Translations under genes and position numbers: made by a program
Assembly: GCF_009914755.1 (NCBI RefSeq)
Contig: NC_060929.1
Origin: the human T2T-CHM13v2.0 reference genome, Homo sapiens
Length of the DNA stretch: 64,000 nucleotides
Direction: 5' to 3' (one strand)
Shown here: piece after piece, positions 47,726-63,861 of the stretch
How positions within the stretch are numbered: the stretch's first letter is position 1
Layout: each line of letters starts with the position of its first letter
The notes under the pieces: generated by a model
Told to the model about the DNA's origin: nothing
Seen by the model: the letters and a program-made list of their open reading frames with translations, nothing else
Database searches by the model: none

Positions 47726-50504
47726 TTTTCCAGGTACAGTCTGTCACAGCTTTCCTTAGCTGGGAAAGGGAAATCCCCCAACCCCTTGCACTTCCTGGGT
47801 GTGGCAACACCCCACTCTGTTTTGGTTCACCCTCTGTGGGCTGCACCCACTGTCCAACCAGTCCCAATGAGATGAACCAGGTATCTCAGTTGGAAATGCA
47901 GAAATCACCCTTCTGCTGTGTTGATCACGCTGGGAGCTTCAGACCAGAGCTGTTCCTATTCGTTCATCTTGGAAAGGAATTCCATTTTTTTTTCCGTTCT
48001 GTAAAAGCAAGATGTTGAGTAAATCCATCTTACTAAATATGAAGTTAATCTATACAGATCTCTAATAATTCACTCAGCAAATATGTTGCTTTCCCATGCA
48101 TCTCTTATTTGCCACTCAAAGCATTTTTACTGAGGAACAATTTTTCTTGAAAATATGACCTTTTATATTTGAAAACTTGCAATACATATACTCAAGTTGA
48201 AGAGACTATACGTGACAAAACCTACACAATATAATTTTTGAAAATTATGAGTCACATTTTAGGCATAATCAATGTTGAAGATATAAAAAGTGGGATTTGT
48301 GTCTAAATCTCAGAGATATTTTCTAAAAACCCAATTTCATTAAATAAAAGCATAAGGATATGAATTCCAAGACAAAATGCTACTTTCATATATTTAAATG
48401 CATATTATATATGCATCAAAGTCAGGTATATATACATGAATAAACACAATCCACTTCCTGAACTGTCAATAATTGTTAATTCTTGCAAAAACAATCTTAT
48501 GTACTCAAATTAATACATTTAGAGTCTTTAATTTTTTATATTTGTGCTTAAAGCATTAGTCTATTTGGATTTAACTAGCAGAATTCAATATTTTTATCTT
48601 CATTCAGTTAACAAATCTAAGAAAAGTGTTGCCTAACAACCACAAATCAAGAGACTGTGCCAACCGCCCCTTGTTCTATGGTCAGCTTGATTTTGCTTCC
48701 TCTAATATCTAGCACCAGAGGCTGTGAGGTAGAAGAGAAAGCGTTCTGACTGCATAGGCTGAGAGCCTTATCCTGTGTCATGGCCCTTCTCTTAAAACAG
48801 CTGCAGGCCTCTGAGCCACCCAGCATTAATTATTTCAGTATTTATTGACAGCCTACTGGGTACAGGATGAGGTATTAGGTGTTGAAGAAGATTCAAATTT
48901 AAATGAAATTTTCTCCCTGGATTTAAGTCACTGATAATAAAACAGGTGTGAGACATATACTCTGCCAAACAAAATCTACAAAAGTATGTTAGTAGGTTAG
49001 AAACAATATACTAGGAGTAAGAAAACGAATTCAAAATAGGGCAAGAGGTCCTGTATACTAATATACTGTATACTAATATACAGGACCTCTTGATAACAGT
49101 ATAATATACAATATCCTCCTTGTCCTCTACTCCTCTTCTTTTTTCCCTCATAGTACCAATTCTTTTCCTAGTAACAATAGCAAAGCTAGGTTTTTACATG
49201 CTTCATCTTGGTTAATCTTCGCACTGGTCTGGAAAAGTAAATAGCAGTAATGTCATTTACCACTGGTTAAAAGCTCAGTCAGCATTGTTACAGTACTTGT
49301 TTAAGGTCACAATATTGGTGTCAGGGTCAGAATTCAAACCCAGAACTGTGTTCTGAAAACAGTTTCTAGATAAACTGGAAAAAGCATGATATTTTATCCA
49401 CGTTGCTATAATTGTGTCCACACTTCACTTTAATGAAAGAATGTAAACTGTTTTGCCGAATTGGAAGATGCACATTAGACCCTGAGGAGCATATGATCTC
49501 ATTAAAGAGCATATTTTTATGAGGTTGTTGTGTAGAGCTCCTGAGAACAGTAGCAGCAAATTAAACTGAAAAGAAGACTTGGGACCAGGTCATAGATCAT
49601 CTCTCTAAGGAATTCAGGCTGTATTTAAAAAGCTGTGGAGTCATTATTTTTGTTTAACAAGTAGAAATATTATGAGATAAGCAGTGTAGTAAGAATATAT
49701 TAATTAGGACATTTAAGAGGTATCAAATAAATGTTTGATAAACCAAACAAAGAGGGTGGACGAAAGGATCTATTAGATGATCTCTAGGAAGATAAGAATG
49801 AAGTAATAAACTATGACAGTAGAAAAAACAATAGATTTATCAGATTGGGAGAAAGCGAAACTTGGTTTAAACCTTATTTAGTCACTAACACAGAGACATG
49901 CTTTCCCCCCTCCAGAAGCAACAGTGTTCTCAACTAAACAATGGGGACATTAATGATCAAATCTCTTAGCTTAAAAATTATGTGACTTTGATCTAATCGA
50001 TTATTTTATTTTTTTTAATGAAACAATTTTGAGTGTGAGCATACCAGATCTTTGTAGTAGATGAATCGTGTTTGCTGCAAGGGGCAAATGATTTCTACTA
50101 GATAGGTTGGAATAATACCACTAATGCAGCACTGAATATGGGTGAAGGATATTTCTGTGAAAATAATGAGCTCAAGTTGGAGCAGGAGCTCAGTGACTGG
50201 TAGATTAAGGCAGACTCTTTGGAAATGCCCTATGAAAAGCCACACTGCAAATCACAAACACTGGGATATAATCCAAATTGGGAAGATAGTCCAAGGAAAC
50301 ATATATAAAGCCTCTAAACAAAGCCTCATGAGGACATTGATAAAATCTGGAGAAAACACTTAGAATGAGAGGAAGGAATCAGTAACACAGACAAGTGTCC
50401 TAGAAAAAAATATGCCAGTGGAAGAGATTGTGCAATAAGAAAACCACAGAAAAGCTGAGAGGGAATGGTCAGTGCAATAATAGCAGATTCAAGAATGTGC
50501 ACCT

Positions 50505-51316
<812 letters not shown>

Positions 51317-54300
51317 TCGTGCTAAATATAACCTTTCTCCTATAGTGTCACATGCAGTAGAGAGATAATTTAAAACAATATTATTCAAAGAGAGAGCTTA
51401 AAGTATTGTACAAGGAAGGTCATTATTGACCTTCAGTATAGTCCCACTTTGTGATAGGGCCTAAAGCCAAAGAATAATAAGTGTTTTAGGAGAAATACAA
51501 AATATACCGTTAGTATTTCAAGATATTCAGAGATGTAGAAAGGAAATAAGTCCTGTTTAATGTGTAAGCCAGATCCACAAAAGACTTTTTAATACTCTGA
51601 GTTACTTGTATATCCTATGATACATAAGAAATTTATTTTCTTGCACTAAGTGTTGAAAAATACACATTGACTTGAACTAAATAACATCAATTTGGGCAAA
51701 ATGTAAGCAGAGACAATTATTTTTAAAAATGTAAAAGTATAAAAGAAGCCAAGAATACTTAATGGAGAAAGGCAACAGAAGTTGGGGATGAAGAGGGTAT
51801 CACAAATAATATTACAGAAAATAAATTGGGGATATAATAATAGTGAAAAAGGAGAAACAATGTAAATGTAGTAAGAAATTTTAGCTATGCAAGGATGGTG
51901 TGGCTGGAGGATAGGGTTTGTCAAGAAAGCAAATGTGTAGAAATTCCTGAGAAAGTGCTGGCAGTTTGCACACATCATGGAAAGCTGAGCCAAGGTTGGA
52001 TAACATGAAATTCTAATGCGTTGTAACAAAAGGAGTCTTCACCTATTTTGCTTCTCTTCGATTAGGTTTGGAAACCTAGGGAGAGAAGAATACAAAAGAA
52101 GTGACATGTAGTCAAGATCAATATCAAGCTTTTTTTCCCTTACTTCTGCAAGGATCATATGCATTCACAGCACAGGGTGCTGAAATAAATCACAGATAAA
52201 AACTATGGTTGGGGAAGAGTCATCTGCATGATAGTGAAGTTACCTAGATTGAAGACAGAGGTGGGATTTTTGACTCTATTGCAAGTGGAGTTTTTGAAAG
52301 TATTATTAAAAAATCTGAACTTTAAGCATTGTGTCCATTGAAAGATTAAAGGGAGTCTCCAGGCCATTCCAGGGAATGAGGCCGCTAGGTCCTGTCAGTG
52401 TTTTGGAGACAGCATTTACTCCTTGGCAATAACGGAGGGATTGAGCAGAACATCCTGGGGTGTTATGGGAAGTGTCCCCGGGAGAGCAGACCAGAGAACA
52501 GGGTAGCTTGCAAGGACAAAGATTATAAAATCTCAGCTTGACCAAGCCATAAAGCTGCCTGACTTCAAGGACCACATGAGCTCAGATCCTGAATCTTTCA
52601 ACAGTGATTACGAGGGGCTGAAACAGGTGTACTGCCTGCAGTTTTCAGGTACCATAAAAGTAAATATCACGTACACTTCTCTTTACCTGAAAAAAGTCAA
52701 ACTCATTACTTTAAAGTTATACCTTGTATTGAAATTTCCTAAAAAGAGTGGTTTTCATGTCTCCCCTGGAGGTTATGTATAAGTTAAATCTAATATATTG
52801 TAATATGTGATAATGTAATTGAGGAACAGAAAGTAATTGAAATTCACTAATGAATTAATCCTTGGAAGACTACTATAAGATACAGAGGGGATAGATATTG
52901 TTTTATCTCAGGAAAAACTGAGGCATTGAGTAGCTGCCTATCTAAAGCCATTTAAAAAAGAAGTTGAAAGCTATAAATTGTAGATGATTTTATATTGTAC
53001 CTGACCTAACTCTGAAAAAAAAAAATCAAAAGAGGCAGATTCATGCTTTCCAGGCATGCCCGGGGAATGATGGAGGATTCTCTTTTTATGTTAATCCATT
53101 CTCTTTGAGTCAAAAGCTGACAGTGCACAGACAACAAAGGGACTGCTAAGTCTGCTGTCCAAAAATACTCACCACAATTTGTCAGGCTTCACATTATACA
53201 TGGCTTTTTACACATCGCTGGCCTCTAAACATAAAAGATCCTGTTGGTTTCCCTAATTAAATAGAGTGAGATCAAAGGTTCACCAATGTCTATCTGACTG
53301 TCTCACGGTATTCCAGAACTGAAAGCAAATAAGAAGTGTATGAAAAATGTATCAGAAGTTCCAGAGATTGAGCTCTCTTTTTGGTTTCTTTACCTTTAGA
53401 AAAATAAAAATAAAGCCAAGGCAGCCTCTGAATGTTGCTCATATTTCTTTTGTTGGTGTTTTTCCTTAACTAGATAATTGTTTTGTCCTCACAGTTGGGG
53501 AAGACTGAAGTTCAGAATATAGAGATACCAGACATTTCATCTGTGTAGAAAAGATGACATTGCATTAGGGTCCAGAAATGCTATAATGAATATTTTCTAG
53601 GTACAAAAAAGACCCTGACACACGCTTTTTCATAAGCCAATAATATATAATAGAAGAAGATGCATTAAAATAAAATATGGCTGGTCTTCAGTGACTAAAC
53701 TCCTACTTTAGAATTGTGAATCCATCCATAGACTGTTCACAATGGAGTTACTGTTTACAGGAAATTCCAATGTCAAAGAGATGATCTAATCCTGATTCCT
53801 TTGGGGTGAGTCAATATTGATTATTCTCATTAGGGGAACAATAAGTAATGGATTTGGAAAAGGCCTTCTCTTTTAGGACCATTATGCTTTGGCTGAAAAA
53901 AACTTTGAAAAAAATTCTTAAATATCTAAGGAAAATATGCTAGGATGTACTCACTACATCTTTCTCCCTCCAAACATATTTAATTATTCCAAGATTCATA
54001 AAGATAAAAATAAAATAAATTTGAAATATTAAATAAATAACTTTTATCTAGTAGATGTTTTGTATCTGATATGGTCTCTTATATGACTCTAAACATACTT
54101 CAAAGACCTTCACATGGGTTTTCTATGTAACATAAAATAGGCTAACCAAAAGTTTAAATGACAAATAATTATCAATGAAAGGTTACCAGGAAAAAAAAAG
54201 TAAATGCTTGCATACTTTACTAAGCAACAAAAATTACTTTCTTCAATATGCTCTTTATTAAAATGTAATAAAAATGTATCCTGAGAACCAGATGGTAGAT

Positions 54301-57300
54301 GACATGATAAATTAAAGCCCTACATAAGCGCAAATAGAAAAAAAAATAACTTGCTGCTGACATAAATGACATTTACAATATCACATATGTTTTTTCTAAT
54401 GAATATGAGATGATCTTGATATTGCAAAAGACCTTTATTCCAGAAATGAAACAGCTAGAGGAGAAAAAAGTGAGGCAGCAACTTGCAGTTCTATAGAAAT
54501 AGCAAATGCTATCTATGACCTATATATTACAATTTGAAAAAGAATATTTGAATAGTAATGAAAAATTGACACAGCTAGAAAGAATACTGATTTTTTTCAA
54601 TTAGGATGTTCTCTTATTCTTTTATTTCTATTTGTCTGACATGGAATAAAAATAAATTATGTGTCTAATATATTTAATACCTACCTAAGTACCTTGATTC
54701 TGGTCAAATGCGCTCCAAATTATTATGTCAATATTTATATGATTATGCCACAACTTAACTTACCAGCATATGGAAAGGTCTAAGTAAGTGCTTATGAGAA
54801 CCTATGACATTCTGGGTTATCACAGGCTTAATTTGAAATATTTCTCCACCATTTACCAGCTGTATGATTTTGGGCATGTTACTGAACTACTGAACTACTC
54901 TAATCTTTTGATTTCTTTTCCTAAAATTGGGGATTTCATTAGTATATATGCTAAAATAGTAGATTTAAACAGGGTGATGTAAACAACACTTAATAAACAT
55001 CTGACACAGGTTAGACTTCAATAAAGCATCAGTCATCATTATTATAGTTCACAGGTTATAATAAATACTGACAAAAATGTAAATTAAATACTTCAACATT
55101 AATTGAAGGCCATTTGCTGTCTCAGTTATAAGTCTCATTTCTTAAGCTAAAACATAACCTGTTTTGGCAGACTCTTTTCAACAGTTGTTATTCGTGCCTG
55201 GCTATGAAAATATTAATGGCTGTGCATACAAAACAGATCTCAACTATCGCCATGAACCAAATATATAAACATTTTAGGAATTGTTTCTTGTTAGAAATTG
55301 CCAATAAACTGCTTATTGCTTTGCAAATATTGGACCTGGGAAAATAATGCTACATCTACTAAAACCTTACAGGGAGTACCTGATGGCCCATTAATTACAT
55401 AAATGTGGAAGAAACAAACAAGAATTGTAGGACCTTAAGAAATCTGGTCATTATGCATGCTCATACCAAGCTTAGAAAGAGGTAACATTTTGAAAAAGAA
55501 AAATAAATAAATAAATAATATTCTTAGATAAATTTTAGATTGATCATAACAAAATGTAATAGATAGAGAGCTATGAAAATGAAAATATTTAAACTGAAAG
55601 CCCATATTCAGTTAACCTTATCTCAGTAGTAGCACCTTTTCTCACCTAAGTATATGGCAGTAACTAACTTTACTGGTAGACTGTCTCAGTGTTAAAAATA
55701 AAGTTGAATGCCAGCCCACATCAACAAAGTCATATATATTGATATAAATTAGTAATAGGAGAGATTTTCATCTTACCTAAGAATTTGAACTCAACATTTT
55801 TGCAAACATTACATTTTCTTGGCATTTGTAGAGTCAAGATGTGAGGGTTGAGTCTGGGAACTAATCTCACATACTGTATTTAGTAAACAGTTCATTTGTT
55901 TCCCAGTTGATCATCATTCATATCACATATTGTATATTAAAGATACATAAAAGAAACTGATTTATAAATTCACATGGATGATATACGAGTTAAAGGCCCA
56001 GCATGAAACAAATGGTCTTCAAAGTGTTTAACTGAAACAAATTTCATAGGGGGTGTCTATACATGGAGGTGAGGATGAAGTTAAGGACACCAAGAAAAGC
56101 TAGAGAAACAGCAAGGAAATAGCAACAGCAGAAAGCCAATAGCTCCCTGAGCTGAAAGGGCTAAAAGAGAGTGCAGTGTTAATGATTGTCCAGCCAGAGA
56201 GAGATCTATGGAAGCGAACAGCCAATAGGAGCTGAAGGCACGGAGGAAGAGAACCACTCACAGAATAAGAGAGCAGTAAGTGTTAACACCCAGACCAGTC
56301 TTTCCTCCTAGCTGTCATCTCCATCACATACCTCCCATTGGCTGAACACGACGGAAAATCAGAGGACAAGGAGCTGACAGAATCTCTAAGGTTCAAACTC
56401 CCAGAATAGAATAGCATAGAGAAGAGCTGGGATTGAATAAGGAGTTCTGGGGTGAGAGAGAGGATAAAAAAAATGAAAAGCACAGATGAATAAAATGTGA
56501 TTGGATTGCAAACTTAACTTTTAAAGTGCATGATAGTGATACTATAAAAAGCAATGATAAAACTTTTCTTTATGGTAACTGTTTCACGATATGAACGAAA
56601 TTGTTTCATCCACCACATTTCAGCTTCAAGTATTTTTTAATTCATACAAATGCGTGCAATAAAGTGCAATTACAGCTCGATTAAAGTTCCAGTGCAATTA
56701 AAGCACATTGAAAATAAATGATACAAAACAAATCGTTGGTGTTGTTTTTGTTTGCTTTTACTGGGATTTTGGTTCTTTAAAGCACCAATCTGTTATAGAG
56801 ATATAGTGGAAATATATGGACTTTCTATGTAGTTTAACCAATAAACAAGTTATAATAAGTCATTTATCAAAATACCCCATTTAAATTGTATATAAAAATC
56901 TTGGATTTGAAATGGCAAAGAGAAGGTTAAAATAAGCATTTGTGCATTCAAATTGAAGGATATATGCATTAAAGGTTTGGTGGCATTTTAATGGAAGAAA
57001 TTGGGAGAGCTGACAAGCTCTCAAAATGTTCAAAGATGACATAGGCATCAAAATCAGTAAATGAATTTAAAAATACTAATGCTGAATAAAATACCTGCTT
57101 TCATTTGCAACCCAAACAACGAATGCTATGTGTACACTTATCTTCTGGGTTCTAACAGAGTAGAACGTTATGGGAGGTTAGAATCAGGGCTAAAGAATAA
57201 ACAAATATTCCCTTGACTCATATTATATTAAGAAATTCAAAATATCAGACTAAGTGATGCTGGTAACACAAGGAAGTCTACAATATTGCTTCCCATTTCT

Positions 57301-57354
57301 AATGTTTACAATTGAAATGAAGAGGTGAGACTTCGACACATCAATATTCTGTTT

Positions 57355-57377
57355 ACACACACACACACACACACACA
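57355..57377. repeat. (AC)n microsatellite
   Basis: About 11 perfect AC units. Confidence 0.9.
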
Positions 57378-57870
57378 AAATAGTACTATAGAAGAGTTTG
57401 ATAAAATCCTTACATCAAGTGATACATAAATAGGAAATAATTAAAAAGAAAGTGGCATTTGGATTGAACTTGACAGATGTGTAATAATGAGCTCGGAAGA
57501 GAAGGACACTCAAAGAATGGAAAATGGGGAGAAATAAAATTAGTTGAGAAAACGATATATACACATGCACATACACACCATTTAAACGGCATTATCTAAA
57601 TGGAATTCTTGAGGGAATACTTTGCAGTATGTATAGATAACTTTGCAAAAGCAGGCAAAATCTAATTATGAGTGACCTTATGATGGAGATTATCCCAAAG
57701 GCATAATCTGACGTTCATCCCATAGACAATAGGAAACCACCAAAGCTATTTCTGATGAGGAATGGTCTGATAAAAGAGATTTAGAATGAACTGCAACAGT
57801 TAGAGAAAAGAAGAAGAAATAAGATATTTACAGAAGGATATGAGACTGAAATTGTAAGAATAAGTGGTAA

Positions 57871-58226
<356 letters not shown>

Positions 58227-58524
58227 TAGGAAATAAATAAGGTAAACTTGCTTTTTGTTTAGAACAGGACACCTGTGGAGACTAGAGAGTTAATGATGAG
58301 TTAAAGATGACTCCAAGATCTCAGTCATGGTGATCAGAACAATGCCAGCAGTGGAAACCACGGTAGACAGCTGGCCGTAGAGAGAGCTCAGGCCCTCTGG
58401 CATAAAGCAGCCTCAGAGGGCAGTTCTCAGAGCAGCTTTGGAGAGAAAACTTCAGTGCCTGTACTCAAAAGTCCTCAGACTGTGTGATAACCCCCAGGAA
58501 ATTTTGTTACTGTTGGTCTTTTAA

Positions 58525-59576
58525 ATTGTATTTATTTTTATTTTTAGATTTTTTTTTATTCCTAATTGACAAATAATAATTGAATATATTTATAGGGCAG
58601 AACGTGATGTTTCAGTACATGTATACATTGTGGAATGATCCAATTTGGCTAATTAGAATATCCATCACTTCAAATACAATATTTGTCATTACTTTATGAT
58701 GAGAACATTTAAAATCTCCTCAGCTACTTTGTAATATCAATACATTATTATGAACTATAGTCACCATGCTGTGAAATAGAACACCAGAGCTTATTTCTTT
58801 TATCTAACTGAATCTTTGTACCTGTCTCTCTCTTCTCATCCACCACATCCCTTTTACATCCTCTGGTACCAATCATTCTACGCTCTACTTCTGTAAGTTG
58901 AAGTTTTGGAGATTTCACATATTAGTCAGATTACATGGTATTTGTCTCTCTGTGCCTGACTTATTCCACTTAACATATGTCCTCTAGCTTCATGTATGAT
59001 GTTGCAAATGACAGAATTTTCTGTATATAGAAAACTATAAAACACTGAGGAAAGATGACATAAATAGAAAGATATCCCATATTAATATATTAGAAGAATT
59101 AATAATGTTAAAATGTCGATAGCACTCAAAGCAATCTACAGATTTAATAAAATTCTTATCAAAATTTTAATGTCATTCTTCACAGAAATTGAAAATTCAA
59201 AAATCTCTATGGAACCATGAAAGACCCCAAATAGCCAAGGAAATCTTGACCAAAAAGAACAAAGCTGGAGGCATCACAGTACTGAACTTTAAAATATATT
59301 ACAAAGCTATAGTAATCTAAACAGCAACATACTGGCATAAAGATAGCAACATCGACCAATGGAATAGGACAGGGAACACAGAAATAAACCTACACATCTA
59401 GGATCCGTTGATTTTTGACAATAGTGCCAAGAACACTCACTCAATGGGGAAAAACGGTCTCTCTAATAAATGGTATTGGGAATACGGGACATCTATATAC
59501 AGAGAATGAAAATAGATCCTTATCTCACCCTCTCTATAAGAATCAAATAAAATGGATTAAAGACTTAAATGTAAGA
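58525..59576 (-). mobile_element. L1MA-type insertion with 5' inversion (3' UTR on minus at about 58525-59025; ORF2 piece on plus at about 59030-59576)
   Basis: A T-rich tail and L1MA 3' UTR on minus abut sense-oriented ORF2 sequence (aagaacaaagctggaggcatcaca, tggattaaagacttaaatgtaaga). Confidence 0.75.
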
Positions 59577-62329
59577 ATCAAGAAATTTTATGCTTTCTAG
59601 ATTTCATAGTTCCAACCAAATGCTTTAGGGCAATCTTGAAGACGTTTTACTCCCAGATTATGAAAGTGTTACTTACAGTCATGTTTAAGTTTATATGCTA
59701 TTATAAATATGTTGAGAGTCTTGTGATTCCTAGGGTTCTGTGAGGCAGAATAGAAATGGTGGTGATGAGAGTGGTGTGAGTAATAGCGGAAGATGGCCAT
59801 CACTCCTTGTTCCCAGGAACTTATAATCTAAATCTGAGTTGAAGATTCAAATGTTCCCTTTATATTTTACCAGAAAGTTTTTCAAACTTCTAAATTCTGG
59901 TAAGAAATATTTTGATCGCACTAAGCTGATTTGTAGCCAAATAGTCTATTAAAAATCTTTCGACATTGGCATCAATTATGTGAACCACAAAAGATAAAAT
60001 ATATTAAATTTCACTTTTCTCTCTGACTTCAGAGGAAAAGTGTCTCTTAGAAATTGCAAGGCAATATATACAGCATAGTGAGAAGGAGTCAAGGACATTA
60101 ATCCACAAAGAAAAGGCACTAGAGTGTAGTTTCAGATGCTGAATCAGAAACTTTTTTGTCTTATAGTTGTTCTTATGGTGTTAATATTTTTTGTTATAAA
60201 CTTTTGAAAGGCATCACATATCTCTGTATTCCTACCTCTCCTCTCAGATTGTTTTTAAGGATAAAATAGGGAGAAAGTATGAAGGCATGTGAACTGCTTT
60301 GAAGAATGTAAGATTCTATACATTCATGATCTCTCAACACAGAGAATATTGATACCCCTTCCAGTCACTGAATACTGATAATACTTTTAATAAAATTCAG
60401 TGAGTGCTTCAGGAAAACAGAGCTCAGGCTTAATAGTTCAGAAGAGATCACTTATTATGCGGAACTAGTTGCTGAAGTCTTGGATGATCTGAAAGGCCAA
60501 AATGGAGACTGTGGGGCAAACCAAAGTTTACCAGGCAGTCCCCATGATATATCCAACTCTACAGGAATCAAAATTCATGGACAGGAGTTGGTGTTAAAGC
60601 CTAAGACCTGCGATGACAAGGTGGCTGCTTTGCCAAAAAAAAAAAAAAAAAAAAGGACGAACTAACGGGAAAAAAGAGTTTTGACTGGCAGTTGGAACGC
60701 CTGAGAAGATGTAGCCACTGCTGGGGATGTGCCCGAAGCAGAGAAGTTGGAAAGAAAAACTCTGACTTTTTAATTCTTTCTACCAGTGCCTTCCTATTGG
60801 GGGAGATTAGATAGAACCTTGTTGACAAGAAAAACTTGGAAAAGGAGACTGCAGGGATTAGATCACTACAAAATAGCAAACAGAGAAGGGTGAAGAGTGG
60901 ATCTGAGGGCAAATTATCAGCATAGAAAGAAAATAAGATAAAATAAATGACTTGAATGAAAACAAAAATTACCATCTAATCTAGTTAAGAAACAAAAGCA
61001 TAAAAATCAGTGAAATTATACTAACCTGTCTTATTTATGTAGATGAAGGGCTTCGAACCTGACCGAGACCTGTCAATACAACTTTTACATGTAAGTTGAA
61101 CTCTTCTTCTTAATTCAGGCAATTGTCTCCTAACTGGAAATGTTTAATAACCTAAAATCCTTCCAATACATCACTCATACTACCCTTATGTGAAAATTTA
61201 AAGATAAATCATGCCAAATATCTAATTAAAAGCTTTAAATTTACTGGTCATTATGTTGTCAACAGGATTATGACCAAAGTACTTTCAAAGCATTCCAAAG
61301 TATCTAAAATCTAAGCCTTGCCTGCCACTATGCCCTGTCTTACACTGATCTCCACTCACATTTAAAGTGCCAGCCACACATACTATTTACAGTTTTCAGA
61401 AAGTACTGCTGTATTTGTCAACCTCTAAGCCTATTCCCATAGGACCCACTTTGAAATATCCTTGACTTCCATGTCCAACCCTACCTAACCCATAATAATA
61501 CTTCCATATTTCTTTTATGTATCAGCTTCTCTATGAAATCTTTTCTAAAACCATCTTGCTAAGTAAAATTGATTACACTCTTCTGTTCTACTGCTCATTC
61601 CTGTATATCTGCAATAGCAATTACAATACTAGTAGGCTGCCCCACCAGAGATTAAAATTAGATTTTTAATTTTCCCTAATATAGAAAGATGGATGCTAAA
61701 TAATCTTTAAAGGGAACTGCTCTAGAAGACTGCCAAAATCACCTTAGAGTTTCTAGAAGTAGTTTTCATCAAAAAAATAATGTAGAACAGTAGACTTAAG
61801 GATAATTGTCCTTGGAAGACGGAGGAGTCGTTTAGATTCGAAGGAAAGAAAAATGTCAGGAAGAAAATAAAGACATGGCTGCTGAGATATGTTGGAACAT
61901 TACTAAATTTGAAAGCAGCATTTTTGGGAAAAGGAAGCATTCTAACTGATACCTTTGAATGGAAGTTCATAGATCTGGACTACAGTCTTAGAAGACTAAC
62001 CATGGTTATGACAGAAGGTTACAATGAATGAACAACAATTTCACTAAAGAAGCACTGCAGCATTGGCTAGAATGATGACCAGAAGTCACCATGACACTGA
62101 CACAGTATCTTTGGCCTCTGTGTAGAGGACTTCAACAGCCGTGGCTGTGGGAGTCAATGGCAGAAGTGGGCAATTGATCTTCTTGGTTATAGTGGCTGAC
62201 TGCTTCCCTGCTTAGACTCTGTAAGCCAATTTCAAGAGGAATTAGAGTAAATGCAAGTGGGGCTACCAAGATAAAGTATCAGGCCATTATGGGTTTGAGC
62301 AAGTAAATGGAAAATTAAATACATATGCT

Positions 62330-62613
62330 CAGGGTCTTGCTCTGTCACCCAGGCTGGAGTGCAATGGCACAGTCATGGCTCACTGCATGCATCCTTGGTC
62401 TCCTGGGCTCAAGTGACCCTCTCATCTCAGCCTCCCAAGTAGCTGGGACTACAGGCTTGCACCACCACAACTGGCTACTTTTTTAATTTTGGGGGGAGAT
62501 ATGAGGTCTGACTATGTTGCCCAGACTAGTCTCTAACTCCTGGCCTCAAGTGATCTTCCCATCTCAGCCTCCTAAAGTGTTGGGATTACAGGTGCTTGCC
62601 ACTGTGCCCAGCT
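62330..62613 (-). mobile_element. AluJ without a poly(A) tail
   Basis: J-type 'cagggtcttgctctgtcacc...ctcctgggctcaagtga'. Confidence 0.85.
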
Positions 62614-63510
62614 TGTTCATAGTTTTTATACTAAAGTTTATACCGTCAAGATTTATATTACTTTATCCTACTTAAATATTAATTAATTATAATTCACTGT
62701 TTACATGTTTACCCCTCCTCTACTCTAATTTTTTGGAGGATAGGAAATAGATTTTATTTACTTAGTGTCTCAAGTGTCGTCCACAGTTTTTGGAATCTAT
62801 TAAATAATCAGTGAGATTTCATTATAAAAAGTCATTAATATATAAACAAATCATTTTACTAATCTCACTTGTTTTAAATAAAGGCAAATTCAAGGAGGAA
62901 AATGACACTAAAATCATCTTTCCATACATTGGCAAAAAAGAAAAAAATCAAAATATAACATTTATCTGATCAAAGTCTATAATATCTTCCAAGTAGGTTT
63001 AGTGAAGAATATTAATGTTAGGGAGTGGATTATATAATCAAAAGCAGAAATCTATAGTTTTAGCTACTTTTATCCATACTATACAGATAAGTAGTTGATA
63101 ACAGATAATTACATTCTCTGAGCTATGGAGTCAAGGTACATGCCCCATTATCTGAGTCATTCATTTTCTAATACCATTGAAAGATAAAATTATTAAATTT
63201 ATGTGTGAGAAATGTTATAAGCTTATTGTGACCTGTACATATTTACGGATTTGCAATATCACCTCAGTTTTACATGGCTAAAGTAAAAGACACACTTTTA
63301 AAATAAATAACAGATGTTATAAAAGGAGACAAAGGATATTAAGAAGTTCCTTTAAACTATCCTTGATGTTATTGGTATCTATAGGCAAGGCTTTTCTGCA
63401 CATTTTCCAGAGAACAAATTGCAAATAGAGAAATTGTAATAAAAACCAGGAAGACAGAAGTGGACATGTGCTGATGAAGAGGGAAGCTTGAAGAAAATAG
63501 TCTACTTAAG

Positions 63511-63861
63511 ATAAAAAATGATGAGTTCATGTCCTTTGTAGGGACATGGATGAAATTGGAAATCATCATTCTCAGTAAACTATCGCAAGAACAAAAAACC
63601 AAACACTGCATATTCTCACTCATAGGTGGGAATTGAACAATGAGATCACATGGACACAGGAAGGGGAACATCACACTCTGGGGACTGTTGTGGGGTGGGG
63701 GGAGGGGGGCGGATAGCATTGGGAGATATACCTAATGCTAGATGATGAGTTAGTGGGTGCAGCACACCAGCGTGGCACATGTATACATACGTAACTAACC
63801 TGCACAATGTGCACATGTACCCTAAAACTTAAAGTATAATAATAAAAGAAAAAAAAAAAAA
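63511..63861 (+). mobile_element. Young 5'-truncated L1PA2-like 3' end
   Basis: Near-consensus L1 3' UTR with G-rich tract, GAG (not the Ta-specific ACA) in 'gctagatgatgagttagtggg', and a poly(A) tail. Confidence 0.9.
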
